Part shown: piece after piece, positions 44,172 to 53,734 of the stretch | How the letters are laid out: each line of letters begins with the position of its first letter | Position numbering within the stretch: position 1 is the stretch's first letter | Assembly (NCBI GenBank): GCA_030641525.1 | Contig: DAOWHH010000001.1 | Location: forward strand, 2,626-66,625 | Length of the DNA: 64,000 bases | DNA from: a bacterium | GTDB lineage: Bacteria > Patescibacteriota > Minisyncoccia > Phycocordibacterales > UBA12079 | Direction: 5' to 3' | The notes under the pieces: generated by a model | What the model saw: only the letters and a program-made list of their open reading frames with translations | What the model was told of the DNA's origin: nothing | The model's database searches: none | Made by a program: the position numbers and the translations under genes

Positions 44172-45191
44172 ATGAAAATACAGGATAATATTTTGTTAGC
44201 TCCCTATACTACTTTTAAAATTGGCGGAGAAGCTAGGTATTTTGCTATTATAAAAAATATTGAAGATTTGAAAGATGGAGTGAATTTTGCTTTGCAAAAT
44301 TCACTCCCTTTCTTTATTCTTGGAGGTGGTTCTAATATATTGGTTTCGGATGATGGTTTCGATGGTTTGGTTTTAAAAATGGAAATTAAAAGTATAGATT
44401 TTAGGTACTTAGAAGTTAAGCTTCCAAATGAAGGAGGTGTTGAGGTGGTGGCGGGAGCTGGAGAGAATTGGGACGATTTAGTGGTTTCTACAGTAGAAAA
44501 AGGGTTAATTGGAATGGAAAACTTATCTTTAATTCCTGGAACAGTAGGAGCCTCTGTGGTTCAGAATATTGGAGCTTTTGGGGTTGAGGTAGAAAGTCTT
44601 GTTTCTTGGGTAGAAGTTTTTGATATAGAAACACAAAAAATAAAAAAATTAAATAATCAAGAATGTAATTTTGATTATAGGACAAGTTTATTTAAAAAAA
44701 GTAAAAATTTAATTGTACTTAGAGTAGCCTTCCAATTTAAGAAAGATGCAAAATTAAATTTTGATTATATAGGGATAGAAGAATTATTATCTAAAGATAA
44801 AATTACGGTTCAGGATGTAAGAGATGTGATTATAAAAATAAGAAAAGAAAGATATCCTAATATTAAAGATATAGGAACGGCTGGTTGTTTTTTTCAGAAC
44901 CCAATTATTACTCAAGATGAATTTAAAGAATTACAAAAAATTTTTCCAGACACTCCGCATTATGATATATCTGAAAAGGTTAAGATTCCGATTGCTTGGT
45001 TCATTGATAAATTTGGTTGGAAAGGATACAGGAAAGGGAATGTTGGGGTACATAAAGATCATGCTTTAATTTTGATAAATTATGCCAATGCCAGTTGTGA
45101 AGAAGTACAAAATTTAACCAATGAAATATCTAAAGAAATTTTAGAAAAAACTAAATTAAAAATTGAACCAGAGGTTGTTTTTTTGAAATAA
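44172..45191 (+). CDS. murB: UDP-N-acetylenolpyruvoylglucosamine reductase
   Basis: LAPYTTFKIGGEARYF and LGGGSNILVSD. Confidence 0.92.
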   Translation: MKIQDNILLAPYTTFKIGGEARYFAIIKNIEDLKDGVNFALQNSLPFFILGGGSNILVSDDGFDGLVLKMEIKSIDFRYLEVKLPNEGGVEVVAGAGENWDDLVVSTVEKGLIGMENLSLIPGTVGASVVQNIGAFGVEVESLVSWVEVFDIETQKIKKLNNQECNFDYRTSLFKKSKNLIVLRVAFQFKKDAKLNFDYIGIEELLSKDKITVQDVRDVIIKIRKERYPNIKDIGTAGCFFQNPIITQDEFKELQKIFPDTPHYDISEKVKIPIAWFIDKFGWKGYRKGNVGVHKDHALILINYANASCEEVQNLTNEISKEILEKTKLKIEPEVVFLK

Positions 45192-45196
45192 TTTTA

Positions 45197-45487
45197 TTAA
45201 CTCCTTTTTTCCGTTTCTGAATAAATATCTTTTCTGTGTCTAATTCCTAAGATAATACATTCCGTTTTATTTTTTATCTTAAAAATAATTCTATAATCTC
45301 CAACTCTTATTTTTTTATAATAATGCAAAGGACTTCTTAGTGGTTTACCAAATAATTCTGGACTGGTAGATATCTTTTGCTCTATTGTTTTCTGAATTCT
45401 TAATTTAATATTTTTGGGTAATTTAGGAATATCTTCAGAAATAACTTCTTCTTTCAATAAAATTTTGTATTTCTTTTTTAATTCCAT
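45197..45487 (-). CDS. relE: RelE/ParE family toxin
   Basis: 96 aa. FGKPLRSPLHYYKKIRVGDYRIIFKIKNKTECIILGIRHRKDIY. Overlaps the antitoxin gene by 10 nt. Confidence 0.85.
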   Translation of the reverse strand: MELKKKYKILLKEEVISEDIPKLPKNIKLRIQKTIEQKISTSPELFGKPLRSPLHYYKKIRVGDYRIIFKIKNKTECIILGIRHRKDIYSETEKRS

Positions 45488-45705
45488 TTTACTTTTTCAA
45501 AGAGTATTTCTTTACTAGTTTTTTTATCACGTTTTTTAGCTAATTTATTTAATAAATAATCTTCTTCAATATCTAAAGCTAATTCTAATAAACTAGTAGC
45601 TTTGGTTGCCATTGGAATTTTGTCTCTTTTGGATATTTCGTATAAGAAATTCTCCATGTCTTTGGGTAAGGTAATATTTAATCTTTTTTTTGTTATAGTT
45701 TTCAT
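45478..45705 (-). CDS. ribbon-helix-helix (CopG/RelB-like) antitoxin
   Basis: 75 aa. The N-terminal KRLNITLPKDMENFLYEISKR is an RHH pattern. Lies upstream of the toxin gene and overlaps it. Confidence 0.75.
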   Translation of the reverse strand: MKTITKKRLNITLPKDMENFLYEISKRDKIPMATKATSLLELALDIEEDYLLNKLAKKRDKKTSKEILFEKVKWN

Positions 45706-45850
45706 ATCAATAATAGTATCAAATTTGTATCACCTTTGCAACAAGGTTTAAAATAGAATGTACACAAAAAGAACAACCGTCCTTTTTGTGTACATTTTTG
45801 TTTTTAATTTAATTGTTTATTTAGGCCTTATTTTATGCTAAAATACCCTT

Positions 45851-48370
45851 ATGTTTGGTAAATTAAAAAAAATAATTGGCGATCAGAACTCTAAGGAAAT
45901 TAAGAAATTACAACCCACAATCTCGAAAATTAATGTCTTAGAGGAGAGTTTTTCTAAATTGTCTGATACTGAATTAAAAACTAAAACTGAAGAATTTAAA
46001 GCGAGTTTAAAGAGTGGTAAAAGTTTAGATGATATCTTGCCCGAAGCTTTTGCTGTGGTTCGTGAAGCTTCTAAAAGAACTTTAGACCAAAGGCATTATG
46101 ATACTCAATTAATGGGAGGGGTGGTTTTGCACCAGGGGAATATTTCTGAAATGAGAACAGGAGAGGGAAAAACCCTTGTGGCTACTCTACCTGTGTACTT
46201 AAATGCTTTAACAGGTAAAGGAGTTCATATTATTACTGTAAATGATTATCTTTCTCGTAGAGATGCTGTGTGGATGGGACAAGTTTACGCTTTTCTTGGT
46301 TTAAATATTGGAATTATAAATCATCAAACTTCTTTTTTATATGATCCTGCTCATATTTCTACATCAGAGGGAAAAGAAGACGATAAAGAAAGAGATGAAT
46401 CAGGTTCATTTAAGGTAGTTTATGAATTTTTAAAACCTTGTACAAGGCAGGAAGCTTATAAAGCAGATATTACTTATGGAACAAATAGTGAATTTGGTTT
46501 TGATTATCTGAGAGATAATATTGAACATAGTAAAGAAAATTTAAGACAAAGGGATTTTAATTATGTAATTGTTGATGAGATTGACTCTATTTTAATTGAT
46601 GAAGCTAGAACACCTTTAATTATTTCCATTCCTGATATCGAATCAGGTGGTTTATATGCTAAATTTACTCAGATTGCGAATACTTTTATTAAAGGAGAAG
46701 ATTTTGAGGTGGATGAAAAGAAAAAAGCAATTTCTTTAAAAGATAGCGGAATTGAAAAAGCAGAAAAAGCTTTGGGTGTAAGTAATATTTATACTGAAAA
46801 AGGAATTAAATATGTTCATCATCTTGAAACAGCAGTAAGGGCAAAATTTCTTTTTACTTTAAATAAAGATTATGTAGTTAAGGATGGTACGGTTGTTATT
46901 GTAGATGGATTTACTGGGAGAATGCAACCAGGGAGAAGATGGTCTGAAGGTTTGCATCAAGCCATTGAATCCAAAGAGGGTTTGAAGATTCAAAAAGAAT
47001 CTAGAACTTTTGCTTCAATAACCTATCAAAATTACTTTAGAATGTATCAGAAATTAAGTGGAATGACAGGAACAGCTAATACATCAGCAGAAGAATTCAG
47101 AAAGGTTTATGGTTTGAATGTTATAGTTTTGCCAACTAATAAACCTATTCAAAGAAAAGATGAAAATGATTTGATTTTTCAAACTAAAAACGGAAAATTT
47201 AAAGCTATAGCAAAAAAGGTAAAAGAATTAAATGAAAAAGGTCAGCCTGTTTTGATAGGGACTGTTTCAATTGAAAATAATGAGCTCTTATCAGCATATT
47301 TAAATAAAGAAGGAGTGAGTCATGAAATATTGAATGCCAAAAACCATGAAAGAGAAGGTGAGATTATTTCAGAAGCTGGAGGAAAAGGAAAAGTGACAGT
47401 AGCAACCAATATGGCTGGTAGAGGAGTGGATATTAAATTAGGCGGATTACCTTTTAGTAAAGAGGAATATAAAAAAGTGATTGAATTAGGAGGTCTGTTT
47501 GTCTTGGGTACGGAGCGACATGAGGCAAGAAGAATAGATAATCAACTTCGTGGTCGTTCTGGGCGACAGGGAGATCCAGGGCAAACGCAATTTTTTGTAT
47601 CAATGGAAGATTCTTTAATGAGGGTTTTTGCTTCTGATGCAGTTAAAAATATGATGGGGAGATTGGGTATTCCTGAAGACCAACCAATTGAAAATAAGAT
47701 GGTTTCTAAATCATTAGAATCAGCTCAAAATAAAATTGAAGGCTTTCATTTTGATTCTCGTAAACATATTTTACAATATGATGATGTTTTAAATCATCAG
47801 AGAAAAATCGTTTATTCTCGTCGTAGAGATGTTTTGTTAGGAGATAGGGAAGTTATATCAGGAAGATTTGAAAAGATTTTGGAGACTACTGATGATAATA
47901 CGAAGAATATAATAATTCAAAAAAGAAGAATGATTGGAGATGATGATTTTCTTGATATTGTGCGTAGGACCATTTTACAGACAATTGATATGTATTGGGT
48001 AGATCATCTAGAAATGATGGACTATCTTCGTTCTAGTGTAAATTTGAGGGCTTATGGACAAAGAGATCCTTTAGTGGAGTATAAAAAAGAAGGGTTAAAA
48101 TTATTTCAAGAAATGCAGGAATCAATTAATGAGCATATTTTGAAGTTAATTCCTAGTCTTGATACAGAGACATTTTTGAAAAATAAGGAAAATATAGAGG
48201 CACAAAATATTCAAAAACAAGCAGAATTAATCACAAACAATACTTCCTCAAAATCACTCAGTGCTCCAAGGTCCAAGTCAGAGAAAGTGGGTAGAAATGA
48301 TCCTTGCCCATGCGGAGCGACTAAAGAAGATGGTAGTCCGATTAAATATAAACATTGCTGTGGAAAATAA
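45851..48370 (+). CDS. secA: preprotein translocase ATPase SecA
   Basis: 839 aa. MRTGEGKTLVATLP, DEIDSILIDEARTPLIIS, and the C-terminal zinc motif CPCG...HCCGK. Confidence 0.97.
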   Translation: MFGKLKKIIGDQNSKEIKKLQPTISKINVLEESFSKLSDTELKTKTEEFKASLKSGKSLDDILPEAFAVVREASKRTLDQRHYDTQLMGGVVLHQGNISEMRTGEGKTLVATLPVYLNALTGKGVHIITVNDYLSRRDAVWMGQVYAFLGLNIGIINHQTSFLYDPAHISTSEGKEDDKERDESGSFKVVYEFLKPCTRQEAYKADITYGTNSEFGFDYLRDNIEHSKENLRQRDFNYVIVDEIDSILIDEARTPLIISIPDIESGGLYAKFTQIANTFIKGEDFEVDEKKKAISLKDSGIEKAEKALGVSNIYTEKGIKYVHHLETAVRAKFLFTLNKDYVVKDGTVVIVDGFTGRMQPGRRWSEGLHQAIESKEGLKIQKESRTFASITYQNYFRMYQKLSGMTGTANTSAEEFRKVYGLNVIVLPTNKPIQRKDENDLIFQTKNGKFKAIAKKVKELNEKGQPVLIGTVSIENNELLSAYLNKEGVSHEILNAKNHEREGEIISEAGGKGKVTVATNMAGRGVDIKLGGLPFSKEEYKKVIELGGLFVLGTERHEARRIDNQLRGRSGRQGDPGQTQFFVSMEDSLMRVFASDAVKNMMGRLGIPEDQPIENKMVSKSLESAQNKIEGFHFDSRKHILQYDDVLNHQRKIVYSRRRDVLLGDREVISGRFEKILETTDDNTKNIIIQKRRMIGDDDFLDIVRRTILQTIDMYWVDHLEMMDYLRSSVNLRAYGQRDPLVEYKKEGLKLFQEMQESINEHILKLIPSLDTETFLKNKENIEAQNIQKQAELITNNTSSKSLSAPRSKSEKVGRNDPCPCGATKEDGSPIKYKHCCGK

Positions 48371-49301
48371 TATAAAAAATACATATTTTATTACTGGTGT
48401 GGCTGGATTTATTGGTTCGCATATTGCGGAAGAGCTTTTAAAGAATAATAATAATCTTATTATTGGTATAGATAATTTTTATAGTGGCAAAAAAGAAAAT
48501 CTAAAAATGTTAAAATGTGATAGATTTAAATTTTATGAAGGAGATATAAGAGATTTTGAACTTCTAAAAAAAATTATATTTACCCACAAAGTGCAATATG
48601 TTTTTCATGAAGCTGCGATTGCAAGTGTACAAAAATCTGTAGAAGATCCATTACTTACAAATGAAGTAAATGTAAAAGGAACTTTAAATATTTTGGAAGC
48701 TAGTAAGCAAAATAATGTTAAAAGAATTGTGTATTCAAGTAGTTGTGTTGTATTTGGCGATGAAATAACTCTTCCTAAAAATGAAAACTCAATAATAGCT
48801 CCAATTAGCCCATATGGATATGAAAAGCTGATGAGTGAGCAATATATGGATTTATATAATAATTTATATGGGTTAGAAACAATTAATTTGAGATATTTTA
48901 ATGTCTACGGTTCAAGACAAGATTACAGTAGTGAATATGGTGGAGTTATATCCATATTTGAAGATAAATTTCAAAAAGGTACAAGCCCAACCATCTTTGG
49001 AGATGGAAAGCAATATAGAGATTATATATATGTTAAAGATATAGCAAGAATAAATATAAAAGCTATGCACCAAAAAAGTAAGGGTATGATTAGACTTATT
49101 TGTTGTGGAACAGGTGTGAAAACAAGTGTAAATAAATTATTTGATATATTTAAAAATAAACATAATAAAGATTTACAAGCAAATTATGTTAAAGCTAGAG
49201 AAGGTGAAGTTAAAGATTCAGTCTGTAATAATAGTAGATTGATTAAATTAGTGAAGAGTGAAAAAGTTACAAAACTTGAAGATGGGATTTTAGATCTATG
49301 A
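48360..49301 (+). CDS. NAD-dependent sugar epimerase (GalE/WbpP-like)
   Basis: YFITGVAGFIGSH Rossmann motif and catalytic YGYEK. The GTG at 48360 (11-nt overlap with secA) is preferred over upstream in-frame starts. Confidence 0.8.
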   Translation: MENNIKNTYFITGVAGFIGSHIAEELLKNNNNLIIGIDNFYSGKKENLKMLKCDRFKFYEGDIRDFELLKKIIFTHKVQYVFHEAAIASVQKSVEDPLLTNEVNVKGTLNILEASKQNNVKRIVYSSSCVVFGDEITLPKNENSIIAPISPYGYEKLMSEQYMDLYNNLYGLETINLRYFNVYGSRQDYSSEYGGVISIFEDKFQKGTSPTIFGDGKQYRDYIYVKDIARINIKAMHQKSKGMIRLICCGTGVKTSVNKLFDIFKNKHNKDLQANYVKAREGEVKDSVCNNSRLIKLVKSEKVTKLEDGILDL

Positions 49302-49668
49302 AAAAGATTGAGAAATTAAAAAACGGGGGAGTTTTATATAAAAGTCACAGAACTGAACCATATTTTACTTTTATTAAAAATGGGATTAAAACTATTGAAG
49401 GAAGAATAAAAAAAGGCTTATACCAAGAATTAAAAATAGGAGATGAAATTATAATTTTTAATAACAAAGAATCGGATAGTGTTCATATAAAAGTAAAAAA
49501 CGTAAGAAATTATATTTCTTTTGAAAATTTATTAATCAATGAAGGTATAAAAAAGTTTTACCAGATATAGACTCAATAGAAGAGGGAATTAATATATATA
49601 AAAAGTTTTATACCGAAGAGCAAGAAACAGAATTTAGAATAATAGCAATTGAAATCGAATTAATTTAA
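49298..49668 (+). pseudogene. ASCH (PUA-like) domain gene interrupted by a frameshift in an A6 run
   Basis: Frame 1 (49298-49570) encodes EPYFTFIKNGIKTIEGRIKKG...VKNVRNY. The -1 frame continues from 49555 as VLPDIDSIEEGINIYKKFYTEEQETEFRIIAIEIELI, ending at 49668. The junction is the A-run at 49549-49554. Confidence 0.7.
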
Positions 49669-49720
49669 CTTTTAAACCAGTATAGTATTATACATACTAC
49701 TATAATAGAAATAATTAAAT

Positions 49721-49750
49721 AAAAAAACTCCTTTTAGATGGAGTTTTTTT
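49721..49750. terminator. bidirectional intrinsic terminator
   Basis: A7-CTCC-TTTTAGAT-GGAG-T7, between convergent genes. Confidence 0.75.
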
Positions 49751-49778
49751 ATTGATAAAGTAAAAACTATTTTATAAC

Positions 49779-50705
49779 TTACTTATTAAAATATTGTTGA
49801 AAAATAGGCATTATTTGTTTTTTTCGAGAGACTACATTATCTACAAATAATACTCCGTTTTGATCCTCGGTATTAAATAATTTTATAAATAATTTACTAT
49901 CTTCTTCATCAGCACAAAGTGTATAACCCTCTTCTTCTAAAATATCAATTATCATGAAGTAAATTCCTTGTAGATTATCTTTTTCTTTGATCTCTTTCAG
50001 TTTTTTTACAATTTCATCCTTTCTTTTCAAACCAAATTCTTTGTCGGTTGTTTCCATTACTCCGATTCCAAATTTTTGTCCTTCTGCAAAATCAAAAACC
50101 TTATAATCTAATTTTATTAATTCTTCAGTATCGATGTTCCCTAGATCTGATTTAGCATTAAACATTTCTAGTGAGAATTTTTCTAAATCTTCAATCTGAG
50201 CAATTTTATTTAGTTTTTCAGTTAATTCTTTATCTTGATCTGTTGTAGTAGGGGAACGGAAATGAAGGGTATCTGAAATTATTCCTGCTAAAAGTAAGGA
50301 AGCATTTTGAGGTGAAATTTCTCGTCCTGATTTAAAATATTTTTTAGCAATAATTGAACAGGATGATCCAAGTGGTTCAATATGAATTCTGATAGGTTTG
50401 TCTGTTTCTAATTTTACTTTGTGATGATCAATAATTTCAACGATATCTAAATCATTGATATTATTAATACTTTGAGTTTCTTCATTATGATCAAGTAAAA
50501 TAATTTCTGAATTTTTGGGGATTTCGTGAATATGTTCTGGTTCTTTTACATTGAATTTTTTGAAGACAAATTTTGTTTCATTATTTAAATGACCTAAAGC
50601 ATAGGCTTTAGCTTCAATATTTTTTTGTTTTAGATAGTCTTCATAAACTAGGGCTGAACAGATTGTGTCTGTGTCGGGACTTATGTGTCCAATAATATAC
50701 TTCAT
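49779..50705 (-). CDS. ppaC: family II (Mn-dependent, DHH/DHHA2) inorganic pyrophosphatase
   Basis: MKYIIGHISPDTDTICSALVYEDYL, LLDHNE, IIDHHK and the FRSPTTT pattern. The true start is taken as the ATG at 50705, because the 59-codon upstream extension in the ORF track runs through a repeat element. Confidence 0.88.
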   Translation of the reverse strand: MKYIIGHISPDTDTICSALVYEDYLKQKNIEAKAYALGHLNNETKFVFKKFNVKEPEHIHEIPKNSEIILLDHNEETQSINNINDLDIVEIIDHHKVKLETDKPIRIHIEPLGSSCSIIAKKYFKSGREISPQNASLLLAGIISDTLHFRSPTTTDQDKELTEKLNKIAQIEDLEKFSLEMFNAKSDLGNIDTEELIKLDYKVFDFAEGQKFGIGVMETTDKEFGLKRKDEIVKKLKEIKEKDNLQGIYFMIIDILEEEGYTLCADEEDSKLFIKLFNTEDQNGVLFVDNVVSRKKQIMPIFQQYFNK

Positions 50706-50718
50706 AGTTTTATAACTT

Positions 50719-50827
50719 CCAAAATCGGCATATTTCTTTATCAATTTCAGGAAAATTATTTTCACCGTATGCTCGATACGGCTCAAAAAATTTTCCTGAA
50801 ATTGATAAAGAAATATACTCAATTTTG
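50719..50827 (+). repeat. copy 3 of the about 110-nt structured intergenic repeat
   Basis: 27-bp perfect stem (50729-50756 with 50790-50816) around the conserved core GGAAAATTATTTTCACC, then hairpin CCGTAT-GCTCG-ATACGG, then CTCAAAAAATTTTCC. Confidence 0.9.
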
Positions 50828-50925
50828 AAAATTCTAAATGATTAGTCTTTAATTTTTGATAACTATCTAAAAAATATAGCAAATTTAGAGAAAATTAGAA
50901 AGGTTAAAATAAAATATCTAAATTT

Positions 50926-50965
50926 TTCAAAAAAGAGGCCCGACTACTTGTAGTAGTCGGGCCTC
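50926..50965 (-). terminator. intrinsic terminator of the infC-rpmI-rplT operon
   Basis: 13-bp GC-rich stem GAGGCCCGACTAC / GTAGTCGGGCCTC with a T-run on the minus strand. Confidence 0.85.
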
Positions 50966-50979
50966 GAAAATTTGATATT

Positions 50980-51324
50980 TTATTTCACTGAATTTACGAT
51001 TCTTTCGAATGTTTCTGGATTTTCTTGGGCTATTTCTGAAAGTACTTTTCTATTTAGACCGATTTTTTTCTTTGTAAGTAAATCAATGAATCTACTATAT
51101 GATAAACCATATTCTCTGACAATTCCATTAATTCGAATTGTCCATAATCTACGAAAATCACCTTTTTTCTTTCTTCTGTGTCTGAAAGCATGCATAGCTG
51201 CATGAATTATACCCATTTTAGCTTGTCGTTCTTTCGTTGAAAGACCATAACGACGACCTTTCGCTAATTTTAAAACCTTTTTTCTTCTTTTTAAAGAAGT
51301 TGTTCCTCTTTTAACTCGTGACAT
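50980..51324 (-). CDS. rplT: 50S ribosomal protein L20
   Basis: MSRVKRGTTSLKRRKKVLKLAKG. Confidence 0.95.
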   Translation of the reverse strand: MSRVKRGTTSLKRRKKVLKLAKGRRYGLSTKERQAKMGIIHAAMHAFRHRRKKKGDFRRLWTIRINGIVREYGLSYSRFIDLLTKKKIGLNRKVLSEIAQENPETFERIVNSVK

Positions 51325-51334
51325 AATATTAAAT

Positions 51335-51526
51335 TTATTTACCTGTTCGTGGTAAGAATTGTCTTTTTACTTTATTTGATAATGAAATAACAGAACTTCT
51401 TTTCTTTTTCATAGAAGCACTTCCACTTTCTTTTGCATTAAAATGACATTGACCAGGTTTTCTGGCTATAATTTTTCCTTTTTTGGTCACCTTTAATCTT
51501 TTTGTAAATGATTTATTTGTTTTCAT
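51335..51526 (-). CDS. rpmI: 50S ribosomal protein L35
   Basis: 63 aa. MKTNKSFTKRLKVTKKGKIIARKPGQCH. Confidence 0.9.
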   Translation of the reverse strand: MKTNKSFTKRLKVTKKGKIIARKPGQCHFNAKESGSASMKKKRSSVISLSNKVKRQFLPRTGK

Positions 51527-51555
51527 AATCTTAACGATTAAATTATATGTTAGCC

Positions 51556-52068
51556 TTATTTTTTTCTTTCTAAAATAACAGTTAGTCCTTTAGGACTTTT
51601 TTTAGGTCCATCAGCTACTTTATATTCAACAGATACTAATCGTAAAACTCTTTCTAATCTTTCTTTAAGGAAATTAAAATCCATATATTTGGTTCTTCCT
51701 ATTAAAAATAGATCTAATTTTATTCGATTACCTTCTTGTAGCCATTCGGATATCCTTTTTGCCTTTAAATTTAAGTCGTGTTCCCCCGTACCTATTTTAA
51801 CCTGAACAACCTTTGTTTTGGTTTTAACTTCTTTGACTCTGGCTGCATTTAATCTCTTTTTCTGGTCATATTGGAATTTACCGTAATCCATTATTCTTGC
51901 TAAGGGAGGTTTAGAAGTTGAAGATATTTCAATTAGATCCAAATTCAATTCTTTAGCTTTAGCTAAAGCCTCAGAAGTTGGCATAACTCCAAGGTTTTTT
52001 CCTTCACCATCCAAAACACGAAGTTCAGAAGCCTTTATTTGATTGTTAATCTTTACAAATTTATTCAA
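51556..52068 (-). CDS. infC: translation initiation factor IF-3 (TTG start)
   Basis: INNQIKASELRVLDGEGKNLGVM, in infC-rpmI-rplT order. The start codon is TTG. Confidence 0.92.
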   Translation of the reverse strand: MNKFVKINNQIKASELRVLDGEGKNLGVMPTSEALAKAKELNLDLIEISSTSKPPLARIMDYGKFQYDQKKRLNAARVKEVKTKTKVVQVKIGTGEHDLNLKAKRISEWLQEGNRIKLDLFLIGRTKYMDFNFLKERLERVLRLVSVEYKVADGPKKSPKGLTVILERKK

Positions 52069-52164
52069 ATTAAATATTTAATACGACTTAATAAGTGAAC
52101 AGACTCCTAATATATAACATAATTATCTTTTAAAATCAATGTTTTTTGTTATAATATTCTTCTA

Positions 52165-52791
52165 ATGGACAATTTAGAATTAAAAATATTTCGGACAGGA
52201 GATTTGGATGTAAATGCCTATGTTGTTTTTAATAAGGGAAATAAGGATTGTTTTTTGGTTGATTGTCCCAAACCTATAAATGAATATTTAGATTTTATTA
52301 AGGAAAATAAACTTAATTTGAAATTTATTATCATTACCCATGGTCATTACGATCATATTGAGGGATTAAATGATTTATTAAAGGAATTTCCAGTTTTTTT
52401 CTATATTCACAAAGAAGATAGAAATATGTTGGTTAATCCTATGGAAAATGGATCTTTGATAATGTCTAAACCAGTTGTTATTAACCAAGAGCCAAAATAT
52501 TTAGAAGATAAACAGATAATTAATTTTGGAGAAAATAAATTGGAAGTAATTCATACTCCTGGGCATAGTTGTGGTGGTATTTCAATTAAAATAAAAAATT
52601 GGTTATTTAGTGGGGACACTCTTTTTTATCATACGGTGGGACGAACTGATTTACCATTTTCTAATAAAGAACAATTAAAAGATTCTATTAAACAAAAGTT
52701 TTTTTCTTTAGATAAGCAAATTAGAGTTTTTCCAGGTCATGGGCGGGAAACGACCATTGGAGAGGAAATGACAGAAAATCCTTTTATTTGA
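52165..52791 (+). CDS. MBL-fold metallo-hydrolase (glyoxalase II-like)
   Basis: IITHGHYDHIEG motif. 208 aa. Confidence 0.85.
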   Translation: MDNLELKIFRTGDLDVNAYVVFNKGNKDCFLVDCPKPINEYLDFIKENKLNLKFIIITHGHYDHIEGLNDLLKEFPVFFYIHKEDRNMLVNPMENGSLIMSKPVVINQEPKYLEDKQIINFGENKLEVIHTPGHSCGGISIKIKNWLFSGDTLFYHTVGRTDLPFSNKEQLKDSIKQKFFSLDKQIRVFPGHGRETTIGEEMTENPFI

Positions 52792-52836
52792 CTCTGTGTT
52801 ATAATTACAATTATTAATATAACTTAAATAATTATT

Positions 52837-53616
52837 ATGAATATTTTAAATTTTGTGTTTTCTCATCCGACAACATTAATTCCAATTTTAATTGTTTTAG
52901 CTGTTTTGGTTTTACGACAAGTTAATCAATACGAAAAAGGGGTTATGTTTACTCTAGGAAAATTTACTGGTATTAAAGAAGCAGGTTGGAGGATTGTTAT
53001 TCCAATTTTTCAATCAATGAGAAAAATTGATATTAGAACAAAAGCGGTTGATGTACCTGATCAGGAGGCGATTACTAAAGATAATATTCCAGTAAGAATT
53101 AATGCTGTGGTTTATTATAAAATAGTGGATGCGGCTAAAACAGTTTTGGAAGTTGAAGATTATTATTATGCAACTTCTCAAGTGGCTCAAACTACAATGA
53201 GAAATGCAGTGGGAGAAAGAACTTTAGATGAATTATTACAAAAACGAGCAGAAATTGCTGAACAAATAAAAACGAGAGTAGATGGATTAACTGATCCTTG
53301 GGGAATTGATGTTGAGTCTGTTGAATTAAAGGATGTAATTATTCCTGAAGATTTAAAACGAACAATTTCAAAAGAAGCAGAAGCTGAAAGAGAAAAAAGA
53401 GCTGTGATTATTAAAGCCCAAGGAGATAAGGAGGCTTCTGATAATTTAGCTGCTGCAGCTAAGACTTTAAGTGCTACTCCTGGAGCAATGCATTTAAGAA
53501 CTTTACAAGCCGTAAATGATTTGAGTTCCGATCAATCTAATACCACTGTATGGATGTTACCTGTAGAAGTTTTGGAAGCAATTAAAGGAATTTCAGAAAA
53601 CTTAAATAAGAAATAA
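52837..53616 (+). CDS. SPFH/band-7 (stomatin-like) membrane protein
   Basis: N-terminal TM helix, the QYEKGVMFTLGKF start of the SPFH domain, and an AEAEREKRA coiled region. Confidence 0.88.
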   Translation: MNILNFVFSHPTTLIPILIVLAVLVLRQVNQYEKGVMFTLGKFTGIKEAGWRIVIPIFQSMRKIDIRTKAVDVPDQEAITKDNIPVRINAVVYYKIVDAAKTVLEVEDYYYATSQVAQTTMRNAVGERTLDELLQKRAEIAEQIKTRVDGLTDPWGIDVESVELKDVIIPEDLKRTISKEAEAEREKRAVIIKAQGDKEASDNLAAAAKTLSATPGAMHLRTLQAVNDLSSDQSNTTVWMLPVEVLEAIKGISENLNKK

Positions 53617-53667
53617 TTTTGGTTAAAATTATTTTAAATTATAAATTATAAATTTTAGATTTTAAAT

Positions 53668-53706
53668 TAAAGACGGGCGAGGTAAAGTCTCGCCCGTCTT
53701 TCTTTT
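53668..53706 (+). terminator. intrinsic terminator
   Basis: AGACGGGCGAG-GTAAAGT-CTCGCCCGTCT followed by a T-rich run. Confidence 0.88.
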
Positions 53707-53734
53707 AAATTACAAACTATACAATTATTAATTC

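Noticed and set aside
48261-48359. The upstream start of the epimerase ORF, which overlaps secA by 110 nt.
   Set aside because: The Rossmann motif YFITGVAGFIGSH should lie within about 10 residues of the N-terminus. The GTG at 48360 gives that spacing, and the upstream part is simply the secA 3' end read in another frame.
50706-50882. A 59-codon N-terminal extension of the pyrophosphatase ORF, as given in the track.
   Set aside because: The extension reads through copy 3 of the 110-nt repeat. The canonical family II PPase N-terminus (MKYIIGHISPDTD) starts at the ATG at 50705.
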